In this document: positions 14,242 to 27,985 of the stretch, piece after piece
Layout of the letters: each line of letters opens with the position of its first letter
Position numbering within the stretch: the first letter of the stretch is position 1
Assembly (NCBI RefSeq): GCF_018350175.1
Contig: NC_058368.1
Location: forward strand, 104,224,001-104,288,000
Length of the DNA stretch: 64,000 nt
Reading direction: 5' to 3'
Origin: Felis catus
Taxonomy: Eukaryota
Made by a program: the position numbers and the translations under genes
Notes under the pieces: generated by a model
Seen by the model: only the letters and a program-made list of their open reading frames with translations
What the model was told of the DNA's origin: nothing
The model's database searches: none

Positions 14242-14615
14242 CCCAAGCAGGCTCTGCACCAACAGTGTGGGGCTTGAACTCAAGGACCACAAGATCATGA
14301 CCTGAGCTGTCATCAAGAGTTGGAGCCTTAACTAACTGAGCCACCCAGGTGCCCCACCTTTGTAATTTTCAAAGTTTGTTTTCTATCACCTTTCGTTTTT
14401 TAAGCTGGCAATGTTACAATTTTTTTTTAAGTTTATTTATTTATTTTGAGAGAGAGGGAGCACAAACAGGGAAGGGGCAGAGAGAGAGGGAGAGAGAGGA
14501 TCCCAAGCAGTTCTGAGCTGTCAATGAGGAGGCTCAATCCCATGAACTGTGAAATCACAACCTGGGCTGAAATCAAGAGTCAGATGTTTAACCGACTGAG
14601 TCACCCAGGCACTCC
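14112..14615 (-). mobile_element. Two Can-SINEs (14112-14355; 14420-14615)
   Basis: polyT, expanded (AG)n; TSD ctttgtaatt for the first. Confidence 0.9.
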
Positions 14616-16314
14616 TAGATTTTCTTTTAAAAAGTGTATAGCTTATATTACTATAAGGTAGAAGAAGAGAAAAAATAAGTCATCGCAAGAACAAAATACA
14701 GAAAAAAAATATACTGTTGTTTTTGTAACCAAATCCTAGTAACCTAGTAACAAGGAGTTTTGTTAGTGAAACCTCAGTGTATTTAGATTGTTTTATGTCT
14801 CAGGTAAATAGGAAAATCATAATTCTTGTCCGTTAATTGATAGTCTATATGTGATTACTAGTTGGAAGTTTCACTCTTTTTATTCTGTGAATTCTCAAAA
14901 TGTTAGTTGACTTCACTGAGACCCTATTTTTCTGGCATCTTTGATAAGTAATGGCCTTTGAGCTGTCATTGCTGCTTCATACCAAAGGTACCTCTCACCA
15001 TTTCCTGTGGCTTTATGCTGAAAGGTACTATATTTACTTAATGATTTTATATCCTATTGCTGTCCCCCAAGTCCCAATCAAATCGGCGAGAGAGACTCAG
15101 TGTAGGAACTAGGTGCTTACCTTTCACAAGACAATTGTCAATTACAAAGCAGATCGGATTCCAGACCTAAAGATTGTCTTAGACAGAGTAGATGTTTTCA
15201 GTAAGACAACAGGCACCGGTGAAAGAGAACACTGTTGGGGGGAAGAGGGAGGAGGTGATTTGTGCAATTTCCTTTAAAATTTTTAGAAATTCACGGTCTA
15301 GCGTGCTGCTGAAGCCTGTTCTTGTCTCCTGCTAGGATAGGCAAACGTCTGTGACCTCCCCAAGCCAGAGGATGCAGAAAGAAGCCGGAGCAGTAGGGGA
15401 AGGGAAGGCCAGCCAGATGGTGGAGGCATGGAAAGGAGGGTCAGAGTAAGGGTGAGGGTTGGGGTGCTAATTAGCTTTTCTTGCCTTGCCAGCAGTCTGT
15501 GGCAAGCAGATGACTGCACCCTTAATACTACCCTTTTTCTGGCCAGCAGGCAGCAGTGGTTGATGCTGTGGTTACGCAGAGAGTGTGCTTTTTTTTTTTT
15601 TCCCTCTTCAAAACGTGGAAGTGGTGGAGAGACATACAAAGCGAAAATCTTGGTTTAAGTATTATAAGATCTCGGGATAAGAGATCTTGTCTCTTTCCAT
15701 CTTTTGCAAGGTGCCCATTAACTGCGTGCCCATTCCTATTTTGATAATATTAACCGGAAGCGATGTATTCTTTATATTATAAAAATCAATGCGAACCAAA
15801 CTGTGCTTGGATATCTAAAAAACAATCAATAAAATGACAAAAACGGGCTATGAAATCTAAACGCAACTCAACCTTAGAGAGAGGTCAGCTTACAGATAAT
15901 TATAAAAATACTCAGTAGAGCACATGTCAGAAGTACATTGGCCTTTCTTTACACACGCTGTCAGTTTCTGTGGGGTGGGAACTGTGTCTGATTATTTTGT
16001 AATGTCTCTAGAGCTGGCCATACTGGTATTCACTGAAAGTTTACGAAACGGAATCAGATTCTAGTAAGGCAGTCATTACATGTACTATGCAATATTTGTA
16101 CGGTTATTGACTCTATGCCAAGATAAATATTAGTAAGCATGACAATGTAAAAGAGTTAACACTTTGAAAATGCAGTGTTGTTACAGGCACACATTTTTCT
16201 CAGTACTGGTATGATGTTTTATATGCTAAGTTGATGGGAAGCTTTTAAAATGGGGAAGTAAAAATTCTAATTATCTGTTTTTGTAGAGGAAGGGAATGGA
16301 ATAAATATTTCCTT

Positions 16315-16520
16315 AGCACCGAATATGTACCAGATACACTGTGTGCATATTAACGTATTGAATTCTATCAACAACCCTGTAAGGCAGTTCTTTCTCTGGG
16401 TTTTACAAATGAGGAAATGGAGGTTCACAGATGTTAAGTAACTCACTAGAGGTCACATAGTGTATGACTGTGCAGGATTCACACTTGGGTATTCCTGATT
16501 CTGAAGCCTGTGCTGTCCTG
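16315..16520 (-). mobile_element. MIR SINE
   Basis: Core ttttacaaatgaggaaatggaggttcacagatgttaagtaactcactagaggtcacatag. Confidence 0.85.
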
Positions 16521-17209
16521 ACTTTATGTTACCTGACCCTAATAGATCTCCATTGGTCCCCCAAATATTTTCAGTTTTGTTTGTCCAGTGATCAGTCAAA
16601 TCGGCCTCTGAAGCCTTCTCCGTGTTCTTTCTCTCCTCCAGTTCCAGTGAAAGAAAGAGATTTGCCATTCAGGTCTTTGGTCAGTCTCCTAACTCAGATC
16701 ATTTGGGGAGCATTAAGAGACAAATGGGAAGTGAAATGGTGTGTTTCTGGTGATCTAGAACAGAGAACTAATTCTGATTATGACATACAGTGCTGTGATT
16801 CCCTTCCACCAAATTTCCAAACTGTCACATTCACTTGCACTTGTTAATATATGACACATGTATCTTATTCTTGTATTTGATTTTTGTCTTACTGGCTGAA
16901 CGTCTTTTAGATGTAGCAACATGTCTGATATTAACCAGAGTCCACTTGGGGTGGGTTATGTATCTACGGTTCTCTTTCTCAATGCTTAGCATGCAACTCT
17001 CAATTTTTAAAATATGCATTTTTGATCAAGTAGTTTATTTCCTGCAATTTCTTCATCAACAATTGTAACCAAATTTGGAGGAAGCGTTTGAGATGACATA
17101 GTAAACCTGAAACTGAAATAGGCCGTTGGTATTGAAAGAGAAAAAGCTTTCCATTATATGTTATTATTTATCACCTAGTACTACTTTACCAATAATGGAT
17201 AGTCATTTA

Positions 17210-17432
17210 TTTTTTTTTATTTTTTTTTTCAACGTTTATTTATTTCTGGGACAGAGAGAGACAGAGCATGAACGGGCGAGGGGCAGAGAGAGAGGGAGAC
17301 ACAGATTCGGAAACAGGCTCGAGGCTCTGAGCCATCAGCCCAGAGCCCGACGCGGGGCTCGAACTCACGGACCGCGAGATCGTGACCTGGCTGAAGTCGG
17401 ACGCTTAACCGACTGCGCCACCCAGGCGCCCC
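17210..17432 (-). mobile_element. Young SINEC_Fc
   Basis: CpGs retained; perfect 15-bp TSD atggatagtcattta (17195-17209 / 17433-17447). Confidence 0.95.
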
Positions 17433-18767
17433 ATGGATAGTCATTTAAATAGATGTTAGGATCACATTCTTACTTTCAGACAAGAATAATAAAAAACTAA
17501 GTTTTCCAAATGGAATTCTTATAAAGTCTTCAAATAATTGTTTTGAGAAGTTTTATGAGTATCTCTCGACTCATGACTATGCAAGTCCTTTGCTCAAAGG
17601 AAGTATACTGAAGTATCTCTTAGATAAGGTGGACTCGTGAAATATAAGAGAGTGGTGAAGGCCAGGGTCCTAAGAGCATCCTTATTGTATGTCGCTCTAC
17701 TCCACTATGGATGCCCGTGGACAGGAAAGTAACAGTATTTCCTCATCTGCAGTGTCCCCCAAGGACATTCTTCTGCCTTAAAGAGTCTTACGATTTGGTT
17801 GAAATGACAAACCAAAAAGCAATATGCTAGGTTCCAAATGACTGCTGTAGGTGATAATGCCACAGGAGTTCATAGGAGGAATGACATTTTCAGTATTTTA
17901 GGGTGAAGCAGACATTTTGGATTCATTTTACTTTTAAAAATAAAATTGCTGGGCTCACCCCCTGTGACTTGCCTTTTCCCTGTGACAGTTGAGACCTCTT
18001 TTCTCCATTCCTCACTTTGAGATCAACGCAGATGAAATCCCTTAAAGGAAGTGTAGAGTAAATGACAAAAACGAAGAGGTTAAGATTAAAGAAGTGAAAC
18101 CAATTTCTTTTGAATGACAACAGGTTTCTGAAAACCTCGTGAGGGAGCTGATTCAAGTCACCACAGGGTGATTTTTCTAAGTGAATGTCACAACGGAACT
18201 TGTCTACAGTCATGGCTGTCCTGGCCGGTTGTCTGACCCAGTAGCTTCTGGTAGGTAATCGTGTACTTGCTTATATGGTTCTGCATGTAACTCAAGAGCC
18301 CCAGCGAGACTAAGGGCAGGAGCTGTGTGCTATACTTTCTCTCTGTTGTCCACAACAGTGTCTCATAACTTTGAACTCTTTTTTAATAAACCTAAAATGC
18401 TCTCCTGCTCCCTCCAATCTAAAAAAGCCCCTTAGAAACAGAGGCTTTCTGTCTTTCTTCACTACAGCCATTTGGGAATCACAGTTTTTACAAAGCCTGT
18501 TTGGCTGAGAAAATTTAAGACAAATTTTAAGTCGAGTCAAATTTTAAAATATGTGTTATTAAACCTGTAGGCATTTTTTTTTGCTTTTGAAATATAAAAT
18601 ATGATATTATAATACTAAATATCCTTTATAAGTCACAAAGCTACCCCCGTTTCTGATAACTCCCTTTTTCCTCCCTTCTCATCCCCTTCCTTCTTAAAAA
18701 TTGTTTCTCTACTTTTAGTGAATTAAACTGACGGTGTGCCTTCAGTTGTTTAGAAAGTTGTTACATT

Positions 18768-19242
18768 GGGGCGCCTGGGTGGCTCAGTCGGTTAGGCGTC
18801 CGACTTCGGCCCAGGTCATGATCTCATGGTCCGTGAGTTCCAGCCCCGCGTCGGGCTCTGTGCTGACAGCTCAGAGCCTGGAGCCTGTTTCAGATTCTGT
18901 GTCTCCCTCTCTCTCTGCCCCTCCCCTGATCATGCTCTGTCTCTGTCTGTCTCAAAAATAAATAAACATTAAAAAAATTAAAAAAAAAAAAAGAAAGTTG
19001 TTATATTATTAAAAGAATTTAGGGGTACCTGGGTGACTCAGTCCATTAAGCATCCGACTCAGCTTGGGTCATGATCTCATGGTTTGTGGGTTTGATTGAA
19101 CCCCCTATGTCGGCTTTGCGCTGACAGTGCGGAGCCTGCTTGGGATTCTCTCTCTCTTCCTCTCTCTCTCTCTCTCTCTCCCTCTCTGCCCCTCCCCCAC
19201 TCCCACTCTCTCTCAAAATAAATAAACTTAAAAAAACAAAAA
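18768..19242 (+). mobile_element. Two tandem Can-SINEs (18768-18991; 19022-19242)
   Basis: TSD agaaagttgtta(c/t)att for the first. Confidence 0.92.
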
Positions 19243-19479
19243 GGATTTTGGTCCCTGGATTACTAGAGATTGATATTTGTATGTGATCAATAGAATGATC
19301 AGTGACAAAATATATAATCTTACAAAGTAAAAAGAATATAGTAGTGAAAAGTAGAAACTATTTTTTCAGATTTCTTTCTTTTTTCTTCACGAAATTCTCA
19401 GTTTTGTAGTATTCATGTTCCAACATATTCCGATCTTTCTAAGACAAGACAAAAATGGCAGCAATTCTTTTCTTTCTTT

Positions 19480-19836
19480 CTTTTTTACTTTTTAGTTTAT
19501 TCATTTATTTTGGGAGAGAGACAGAGTGGGGGCAGGGTGGAGAACAAGGGAGAGCGAGTCCCAAGCAGGCTCTGTGCTCAGCACTTCAGCAGCCGTTCTT
19601 TTCTTTCTTTTTTTTTTTTTTTAAATTTTTTTTCAATGTTTATTTATTTTTGGGACAGAGAGAGACAGAGCATGAACGGGCAAGGGGCAGAGAGAGAGGG
19701 AGACACAGAATCGGAAACAGGCTCCAGGCTCTGAGCCATCAGCCCAGAGCCCGACGCGGGGCTCGAACTCACGGACCGCGAGATCGTGACCTGGCTGAAG
19801 TCGGACGCTTAACCGACTGCGCCACCCAGGCGCCCC
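19480..19836 (-). mobile_element. Partial Can-SINE (19480-19586) plus young SINEC_Fc (19604-19836)
   Basis: TSD cagccgttcttttc at 19590-19603 and 19839-19852. Confidence 0.92.
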
Positions 19837-20229
19837 ATCAGCCGTTCTTTTCAAGTCACAGCTTTCAGCCTGAACACCTCTGCCTTCATTACTCAAATAC
19901 ATTTTTTGTTTTATTATTTAAAAATGTTTAATTGAAGTATAATTAGCAATTATATTCGTTCAAATGCACCTTTGAAATCTCAACAAGTCATTGTTTTAAA
20001 AAAATTAAATAACCCAAAATAAATAAATAAACCAAAAAATGGCTGTGTTCACTTTCTAATTCCTGAAGAAATCACACAGATTGTATAGCATGGGTGTGCA
20101 AAATGAAGAATTCACAGAAAATTTGAAATTCAAGCAACAAATAAGGTGGAAACTTGTCTACTTACAGAAAAAGGTAGAAAGTGCATCTCAGGAGTTTTAA
20201 AATCTAAACTAAAAGAGACCAGAATATGG

Positions 20230-20722
20230 TTTTTTTAAGTTTTGGTAAAATTTACATACAGTGAAATGAGCATCTTAAGCGTACAATTTAGTGATTTAGT
20301 GAGCTTTGACAACTATGTCCATGCACCTGTGAATGTATCATTCCAGAAAGTTCCTTAATGCTCCCTTCCAATCAATGCTCGCCACCTTGGACATCCACTG
20401 TCCTGATTTCTTTTTACAAAGATTCCAATTATTTGTTCTTGGCTTTCATATACATGAATCCCATAAAATGTACTTTTTCTTTGCTCACTATAATGTTCGT
20501 GAGATTCATCCGCATGGTTGAACGTATCTGTGGCTCATTCTTTCTCATTGCTGAATAGTACTTATACCATGATTCACTTGTCTATTCTCTTGATGGACAT
20601 TTGGATGGTTTCCAGTTTGGTCTGTTATAAATAACACTAGCATGAACTTCTTCCACAAGTCTTTCAGTAGAAATGTGCTTTCATTTGTCTTAAGAGTAGA
20701 ATTACTGACCTGCAGGGTAGGT
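20230..20722 (-). mobile_element. Ancient L1M 3' fragment
   Basis: taaaatttacatacagtgaaatg, gagattcatcc, gatggacatttggatggtttccagtttgg. Confidence 0.75.
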
Positions 20723-20725
20723 ACA

Positions 20726-21148
20726 TTTTTTTTTTTAATTTTTTTTTTTAATGTTTATTTATTTTTGAGACAGAGAGACACAGAGCATGAACGGGGGAGG
20801 GTCAGAGAGAGAGGGAGACACAGAATCTGAAGCAGGCTCCAGGCTCTGAGCTATGAGCATAGAGCCCGACGCGGAGCTTGAACTCACGGACTATGAGATC
20901 ATGACCTGAGCTGAAGTCGGACACCCAACCGACTGAGCCACCCAGGCGCCCCACATTTTTTTTTTTTAAGTTTATTTATTTGAGAGAGAGAGGGGAGGGG
21001 CAGAGAGAGGGAGAGAGAGAATCACAGGCAGGCTCCACACTGCCAGTACAGAGCCCAACATGGGGCTCGAACTCAAGAACCATGAGGTCATGACCTGAGC
21101 TGAAATTAAGAGTCAGATGCTTAATTGACTGAGCCACCCAGGTGCCTC
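20726..21148 (-). mobile_element. Two Can-SINEs, one inserted at the tail of the other
   Basis: acattttt flanks the left copy on both sides. Confidence 0.9.
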
Positions 21149-21490
21149 TAGCATCATCTAACTTTATGGAAAAATTCCTGAAAAATTGGTGCATAAAGCT
21201 AATTTTTTTGTAAATCAAATCACTTACTGAAATAAGTCTTCCCCTACTTTAATGTCTAGCTCAGATTCTCTTTTTCTACAATGTCCTCTCATGCTGTCCT
21301 GGCCTGCGGGGATTTATTCATTCCCCAGATTTTAGCATTCCCAGTGATATGACACTTATCATCAACACCACTCCCTTGGACCTCTGTCTTTCACAGCTTG
21401 ATTGATTGACCTATTTAATCCATGTATATATTTCATGGATATCTTTATTGAGGGATCGAATCACATTTCACACTTAAAAAAATTTCTTTT

Positions 21491-21692
21491 GGTTGCTTGG
21501 GTGGCTCAGTCGGTTGAGTGTCGGACCTCAGCTCAGGTCATGATATCGTGGTTTGTGGGTTCGAGCCCCGCCTGGGGCTCTGGGCTGACAGCTCAGAGCC
21601 TGGAGCCTGCTCCAGATTCTGTGTCTCCTTCTCTCTCTGCCTCTTCTCTGCTTGCACTCTATCTCTGTCTCTCAAAAATAAATGTAAAAAAA
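21491..21692 (+). mobile_element. Can-SINE
   Basis: gggtggctcagtcggttgag...caaaaataaatg. Confidence 0.9.
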
Positions 21693-22439
21693 TTTTTTTT
21701 CTTTCATAGGATGCAGCATAGTGCCTTGCACACAAGAGTTGCTCGATAAAATTTCCTGCTTAATTGCCTTTCTATCTTAGTTTTGCCTTAGGCAAGGTGT
21801 TGATGCAGTTTAAGTAATTTACTTGTTTTAATTATATGGCAATTCCCCCAATTTTCCATTTTTGTTGACTACTGGAAGCCAGGCCTAAAGATAATTGTTG
21901 ACTAAAATCTGGTTCCTTTACCACCTTACTAATTCCTAGTTTAAAGCACCCTTTGCATATTGTGGTTTGAAATAAAAAGCACACCGTAGGAGATTAGGGA
22001 GTCCGTCTGGGGTTTCCCTCTAATTCTCCCTGGGGCCTGTGGTTTGCCATTTACAGGTCTCCACAAAGTACCGGATTCATCTTCCAGTCCCTGGAGGCTG
22101 ACATGCTTCCAAGCCCAGCTTGGAGATCGTCTGTTTGCTCATAGTGACTTCCTCCCCAGCACAGAGGACTGTCTGGCTCTCGGTGTGCCTGCACTCCTTT
22201 GTCCATGCCTCTTTGTCAGTATCTGACACGTTGAGGCAGAATTTATTTCTGTTTGCCTGTCCACGACTGGCCTGTTGAGCTCCTCAGAGCAGGAATCATG
22301 TACCTCAGTGGCCTGTGCTCTGCATGTAGTAAGTCCTCCACGAATGTTTGATGAAGAAATGCATGGATTAATGGGTAGATGAAAATGGCTTTTTAGGTAT
22401 CCTAAACCTTTAAGAGTTTCTATTGCATGTATGCACGTA

Positions 22440-22851
22440 TGTACATAAGCTGTTCGCCCACTGTGGGGCTTGAACTCATAGCCTTAAGATAGACAAGCTC
22501 TGCTGACTGAGCCAGCCAGGCACCCCTGTATTTTAACATTTTTTAAAATATGCAGACCTTTAAAGAATTTTATCCAGAAAAGGACCATTTAGGTTAATTC
22601 TCTTACTCTCCCTTAGTGAGGTAGACACATATTGTTTTTTTTTTTTTAATGTTTTTATTTATTTTTGAGACAGAGAGAGACAGAGCATGAGCAGGGGAGG
22701 GGCAGAGAGAGAGGGAGACACAGAATGCGAAGCAGGCTCCATGCTCTGAGTTGTCAACACAGAGCCCGACACGGGGCTCGAACTCACAGACTGCGAGATC
22801 ATGACCTGAGCCGAAGTCAAACGCTCAACCGACTGAGCCCCCCAGGTGCCC
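22440..22851 (-). mobile_element. Short SINE (22440-22526) and Can-SINE (22640-22851)
   Basis: 16-bp TSD gacacatattgttttt for the second. Confidence 0.88.
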
Positions 22852-23680
22852 TGACACATATTGTTTTTGCTCGTCCAGCATCCCTTGCCCAGCATCCCTT
22901 CATCACTTTCTGGGACATACTCCTCATTCTTCTTGGAATCCCATCCCACGTGGTTTGGTGAGGGTAGCCTTGACTCCAGACTCTCCCTGACCCCTGCCTA
23001 TCATCGTGGTGGGTTTTGGCCTAGGCCTCTCCAATCAAAGGATATAGTAATTGTTTCAGGGCTGAGGAAGCGACCCAAACAAGCAAATCTGTTTTCCTGA
23101 GATTAGCTATATTGGGACATACTAGGAGAACTTAGGTGTGGAGTGGCCCAGAAGCCAGCTCTTCCACCTTGTAGAGAGAGCTTGTGTTGGAATAAAACCT
23201 ACAGGTGGAGAAAAGCAGTGTAAAGAGATATGGAGGACCATTCTGATGACCAGGATTGCAATCTTCTAGTGGTGTGGACCAGTTTATATTTATATTTCAA
23301 TCACATTGAAGTTTAATATCTCTCAGATTTTTCATGTTTCCTGTCTTCCCTGAGATTGATTCCAAATCTAAGGAGATTCTTTACAGCTGTTGGGAAAGCC
23401 ATCTACTTTTTGGATTTACTCAGTTTCCACGCTGGGCTGGCCTTTTCCAGATGTGATTTCTTGCGGCTCCTGAGTATGTTGTCCTCTGTCACCTCTGTCC
23501 TCAAGGCTTCTGCTGAGTTGTACACAGTTCCACCATGCTTCTGGCGGCCCATTCATCTGGGTCAATCTACAGCTTTCCTGTCTCATTCTCTCATTTCAAT
23601 CTGTTGGCCTCTCTTAGCTCCTCTACATCCTTCTTTTATGGAAAAAGGGAAAGTGTGTTAGGATTCTCCAAAGAAATAGA

Positions 23681-25242
23681 GTTTTTGTTCTTTTCTGAGG
23701 GCAATTTTATTTTTATTATTTATTTTTTTAATTTAATTTTTTTTTAAATTTACATCCAAATTAGTTAGCATATAGTGCAACAATGATTTCAGGGGCAGAT
23801 TCCTTAATGCCCCTTACCCATTTAGCCCATCCCCCCTCCCACGACCCCTCCAGTAACTCTGTTTGTTCTCCATATTTATGAGTCTCTTCTGTTTTGTCCC
23901 TCTCCCTGTTTTTATATTATTTTTGTTTCCTTTCCCTTATGTTCATCTGTTTTGTCTCTTAAAATCCTCATATGAGTGAAGTCATATGATATTTGTCTTT
24001 CCCTGACTAATTTCGCTTAGCATAATACCCTCCAGTTCCATCCACATAATTGCAAATGGCAAGATTTCATTCTTTTTGATTATAGAGTAATACTCCATTA
24101 TATATATATATACCGCATCTTCTTTATCCATTCACCCATCGATGGACATTTGGACTCTTTCCATACTTTGGCTTTCATGTGTCTGTTGGCCATCTGGAAG
24201 TCTTCTTTGGAGAAGTGTCTATTCATACCTTTTGCCCATTTCTTCACTGGATTATTTGTTTTTTTGGGTGTTAAGTTTGATAAGTTCTTTATAGATTTTG
24301 GATACTAACCCTTTATCTGATATATCGTTTGCAAATATCTTCTCCCATTCTGGTGGTTGCCTTTTAGTTTTGCAGATTGTTTCCTTCGCTGTGCAGAAGC
24401 TTATTTATTTTGATGAGGTCCCAGCAGTTCATTTTTGCTTTTGTTTCCCTTCCCTCCGGAGATGTGTTGAGTAAGAAGTTGCTGCGGCCAAGATCAAAGA
24501 GGTTTTTGCTTGCTTTCTCCTCGAGGATTTTGATGGCTTCCTGCCTTACATTTAGGTCTTTCATCCATTTTGAGTTTATTTTTGTGTCTGGTGTAAGAAA
24601 GTGGTCCAGGTTCCTTCTTCTGCATGTCGCTGTCCAGTTTTCCCAACACCACTTGCTGACGAGACTGTCTTTATTCCATTGGATATTCTTTCCTGCTTTG
24701 TCAAAGATTAGTTGGCCATATGTTTGTGGGTCCACTTCTGGGATATCTATTCTGCTCCATTGTTCTGAGTGTCTGTTCTTGTGCCAGTACCACAGTGTCT
24801 TGATGATTACAGCTTTGTAGTATAGCTTGAAGTCTGGGATTGTGATGCCTCCTGCTTTGGTTTTCTTTTTCAAGATCGCTTTGGCTATTCGGGGTCTTTC
24901 TGGTTCCATTCAAATTTTAGGATTGTTTGTTCTAGCTCTGTGAAGAATGCTGGTGTTATTTTGATAGGGATTGCTTTGAATATGTAGATTGCTTTGGGTA
25001 GTATTGACATGTTAACAATATTTGTTCTTTCTATCCAGGAGCATGGAATCTTTTTCCATTTTTTTGTGTCTCCTTCAATTTCTTTCCTAAGATTTCTATA
25101 GTTTTCAGTGTATAGATTTTTCACCTCTTTGGTTAGATTTATTCCTAGGTATTTTATGGTTTTTGGTGCAATTGTAAATGGGATCGATTCCTTGATTTCT
25201 CTTTCTGTTGCTTCATTGTTGGCGAATAGGAATGCAACCGAT
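23681..25242 (-). mobile_element. 5'-truncated carnivore LINE-1 with an internal deletion, inserted into an MLT2-like LTR
   Basis: Minus-strand ORF2 peptides [15 protein letters not shown] and [16 protein letters not shown]-rich tail at ~23705-23750; TSD tccaaagaaataga at 23667-23680 and 25243-25256. Confidence 0.95.
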
Positions 25243-25400
25243 TCCAAAGAAATAGATTTAACAGGATATGTATATGTAGACACATTTATTTTAAGGAATT
25301 GGCTCATGTGAATAGGGAGGTTAACCAAGTCCAAAACATGTAGGGTATGTTGGCAAGCCAGGATAGCCAGGAAAAAGCTACTGGGGCTGAGAAGGTTGGG
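25243..25400. mobile_element. MLT2-like ERVL LTR; its first ~25 bp lie at 23654-23680, left of the L1
   Basis: Removing the L1 restores tgtgttaggattctccaaagaaataga...atttattttaaggaattggctcatgtga, an MLT2 terminus pattern. Confidence 0.7.
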
Positions 25401-26122
25401 ATGGAAAGATGGAATGGATGGGACTGGCTCAGCCAGACTACCTTACTTTTCAAATCTTTTCCTATACCTATATCAAAATTATTAAACTTAAAAGCTGAAA
25501 ATGGTGTGATTGTCTTTCGTCCTGGTTTTACAATGCCATCTTGAGAAGAATGGTACCCCAGAATTGTGGTAATGAACACACTAACATCTGGTTGAAAATT
25601 CATTCTTTTATTTTAGAATATCAACTATGCGAATATTGTATTTTCATTTTTCCTCTGCTTTCTTGAACTCAACCATGGGGTCTGGAAACAAAGATGTTTT
25701 AGGTGAGAAACGTCTCATGTAATGAATATGTTTAAATGTTATTGTGTAGGGATAAAACCATCTATGAAGATAAATATGCTGGCTGACTGGAGACGGATCA
25801 TGAAAAAGGAAAGCCCTTAACTTTTGAGTAGTGTCAGTTCCAATCAGACCACAAACAGCTGAACTATGTATAAACTCTACACTTTGACTCCAGTCTTTAT
25901 TGTTATTATTATTATTTTTTACTCTAATGGTAAAGATGCAGAATATAGTGTGAGGGAGCATATCTTGGTAGGCTTTTAAAAATCTAAAAAAAAAAAAATC
26001 AGATACATAAATACTAGCTTATTAAATGGTTTTAAAGATATTCTGTTTAAATAAAGTAGTGTTATGACCATATTTTGGCATAAAGTAAAACTGAAATGCA
26101 AGCGTGAAGATTGGTTTCTCTC

Positions 26123-26151
26123 TTTTTTTAAAATAAATATTTATTTATTTT

Positions 26152-26184
<33 letters not shown>

Positions 26185-26773
26185 GCATGAGTAGGGGAGA
26201 GGTAGAGAGAGAGAGAGGGAGACACAGAATCTCAAGCAGGCTCCAGGCTCCGAGCTGTCAGCACATAGGCTGATGTGGGGCTCAAACTCATGAACCGTGA
26301 GATCATTACCTGAGTGGAAGTAGGATGCTTAACAGACTGAGCCACCCAGGGGCCATTGGTTTCTCTTTTTGATCAACTCATGAGTTTTCAGGAAAATGGA
26401 ACCACGGAGTTAAAATAACTGTGCCATTTCTACTATTGCCAAATTATCCAGATCTTAACAATTTGGAAAACAGTTTTGAGTCATATGTAAATATCATGCA
26501 GCTTTGCTAAGAGAAGAATGCTATTGAAGATGATAAAGACACCTTTATAACTATTTAGGTTCTTTTTATTAATATTGTTATTTTTGTTTATTTATTTTGA
26601 GAGAGACAGAGAGAACTGGAGCAGGGGAGGGGCAGAGGGAGAGCAAGAATCCCAAGCAGCCTCTCACCCCAGCAGGGAGTCCAACATGGGGCTCAAGGTC
26701 AGGACTGTGAGGTCATGACCTGAGTTAAAATCAACAGCTGGTTGCTTAAGGGACTGAGCCACCCAGGCGCCCC
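26123..26773 (-). mobile_element. Two Can-SINEs (26123-26354; 26580-26773)
   Basis: TSD attggtttctct for the first. Confidence 0.9.
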
Positions 26774-27985
26774 TTAGTCTTTTTTTAAAACACGAAAATC
26801 AAAATCAGAGTTTGAAGGGATTCTGGATAGTCCTTCAACCCTCTGAAACCTGACTTATTGTTATGCTTTTATGGTAACTGGAAAAAATATTAACTTTGCA
26901 AAGTGTATTAAACAATGTGGCCTGGAGGAACACCATGTATTTATTTCTTCTTGCATTCTTTCAGCAAACATATATTGAGGGGATACCACCCAGCAATATG
27001 TTTCTTCATTGCGCCCTGCAGTCCTAGCTAGTCCATTTGTTTGCACTGTATGCTCAGCTAACTGCCAGCTGTCACTCCTCTCCCCTGGGATGTAAGTGAG
27101 GTACTGCAAGCTTTCAGTATCTCCTTCCCTTCTTCCTGCCTCCCCACCTCCATCCTAGTCTGGGCCCCTTCTGTCCAGGTAGGACAGGTGTCCTGTATTT
27201 TTCTGTCCCAGATCCAAATGTCATACAGAAAGTAGGGCAAATGTCAAATAAGCTGTGTCTATGTTGTCAAGTAGGTCTGTGCAGTGGAAGGAGTATTGAA
27301 GAGGGAAACAATGTCGCGGCAACTTGAGGCTTGGTGGGGATATGTATGGCCTAACCAGCAATGAGAACATGTGCCATGACAGGAAAGTAAAGATTTATAA
27401 AAACAAGGCAGAATATTTGAAAATACGATTATCCTGGTAAATGTGAAAACACTGTCACCAAAAACATAGTATTTGTTACTTCTGTTCTAATTAATTGGGA
27501 AACACATCGGCAGCGATGGGATTACAGGAATTATTTAAGAGGGCTGAACAGCCTCTTATTATGAAAGAGCAGGGGGAAGGCACTCCAGGTACAGGGTTAG
27601 GCATGGGAATAGTCAAGAGAGTAAGGCAAATGTACATTTAGTAAAGTTCTTGACCAAATGTTTGCAGAATTGGTTCATTTTATGGTAAGAGATTTTCCAT
27701 TTTTTAAAAATTGCTTTTGGCTGGAGACATAGAATTACTACTAGGAAGAATTACTAGTCATTTCATATTATATGTTTAAAATTTAATCTTTATGAACCTC
27801 CTGGAATGTAGAAATCACTCCAATTTTTCTATGAGGAAACCAAGGAATAACTTCCATTGTTACACAGCAATCAATGGCAAATCCTTAATTGACTCCAATG
27901 TATTTGTTTCAGACAAAAGGACACAATCTGAGTCTCCTAAAAAGAATCTAAAATTGAAAGATTCTATCAGGAGAAAGCTTCATGA

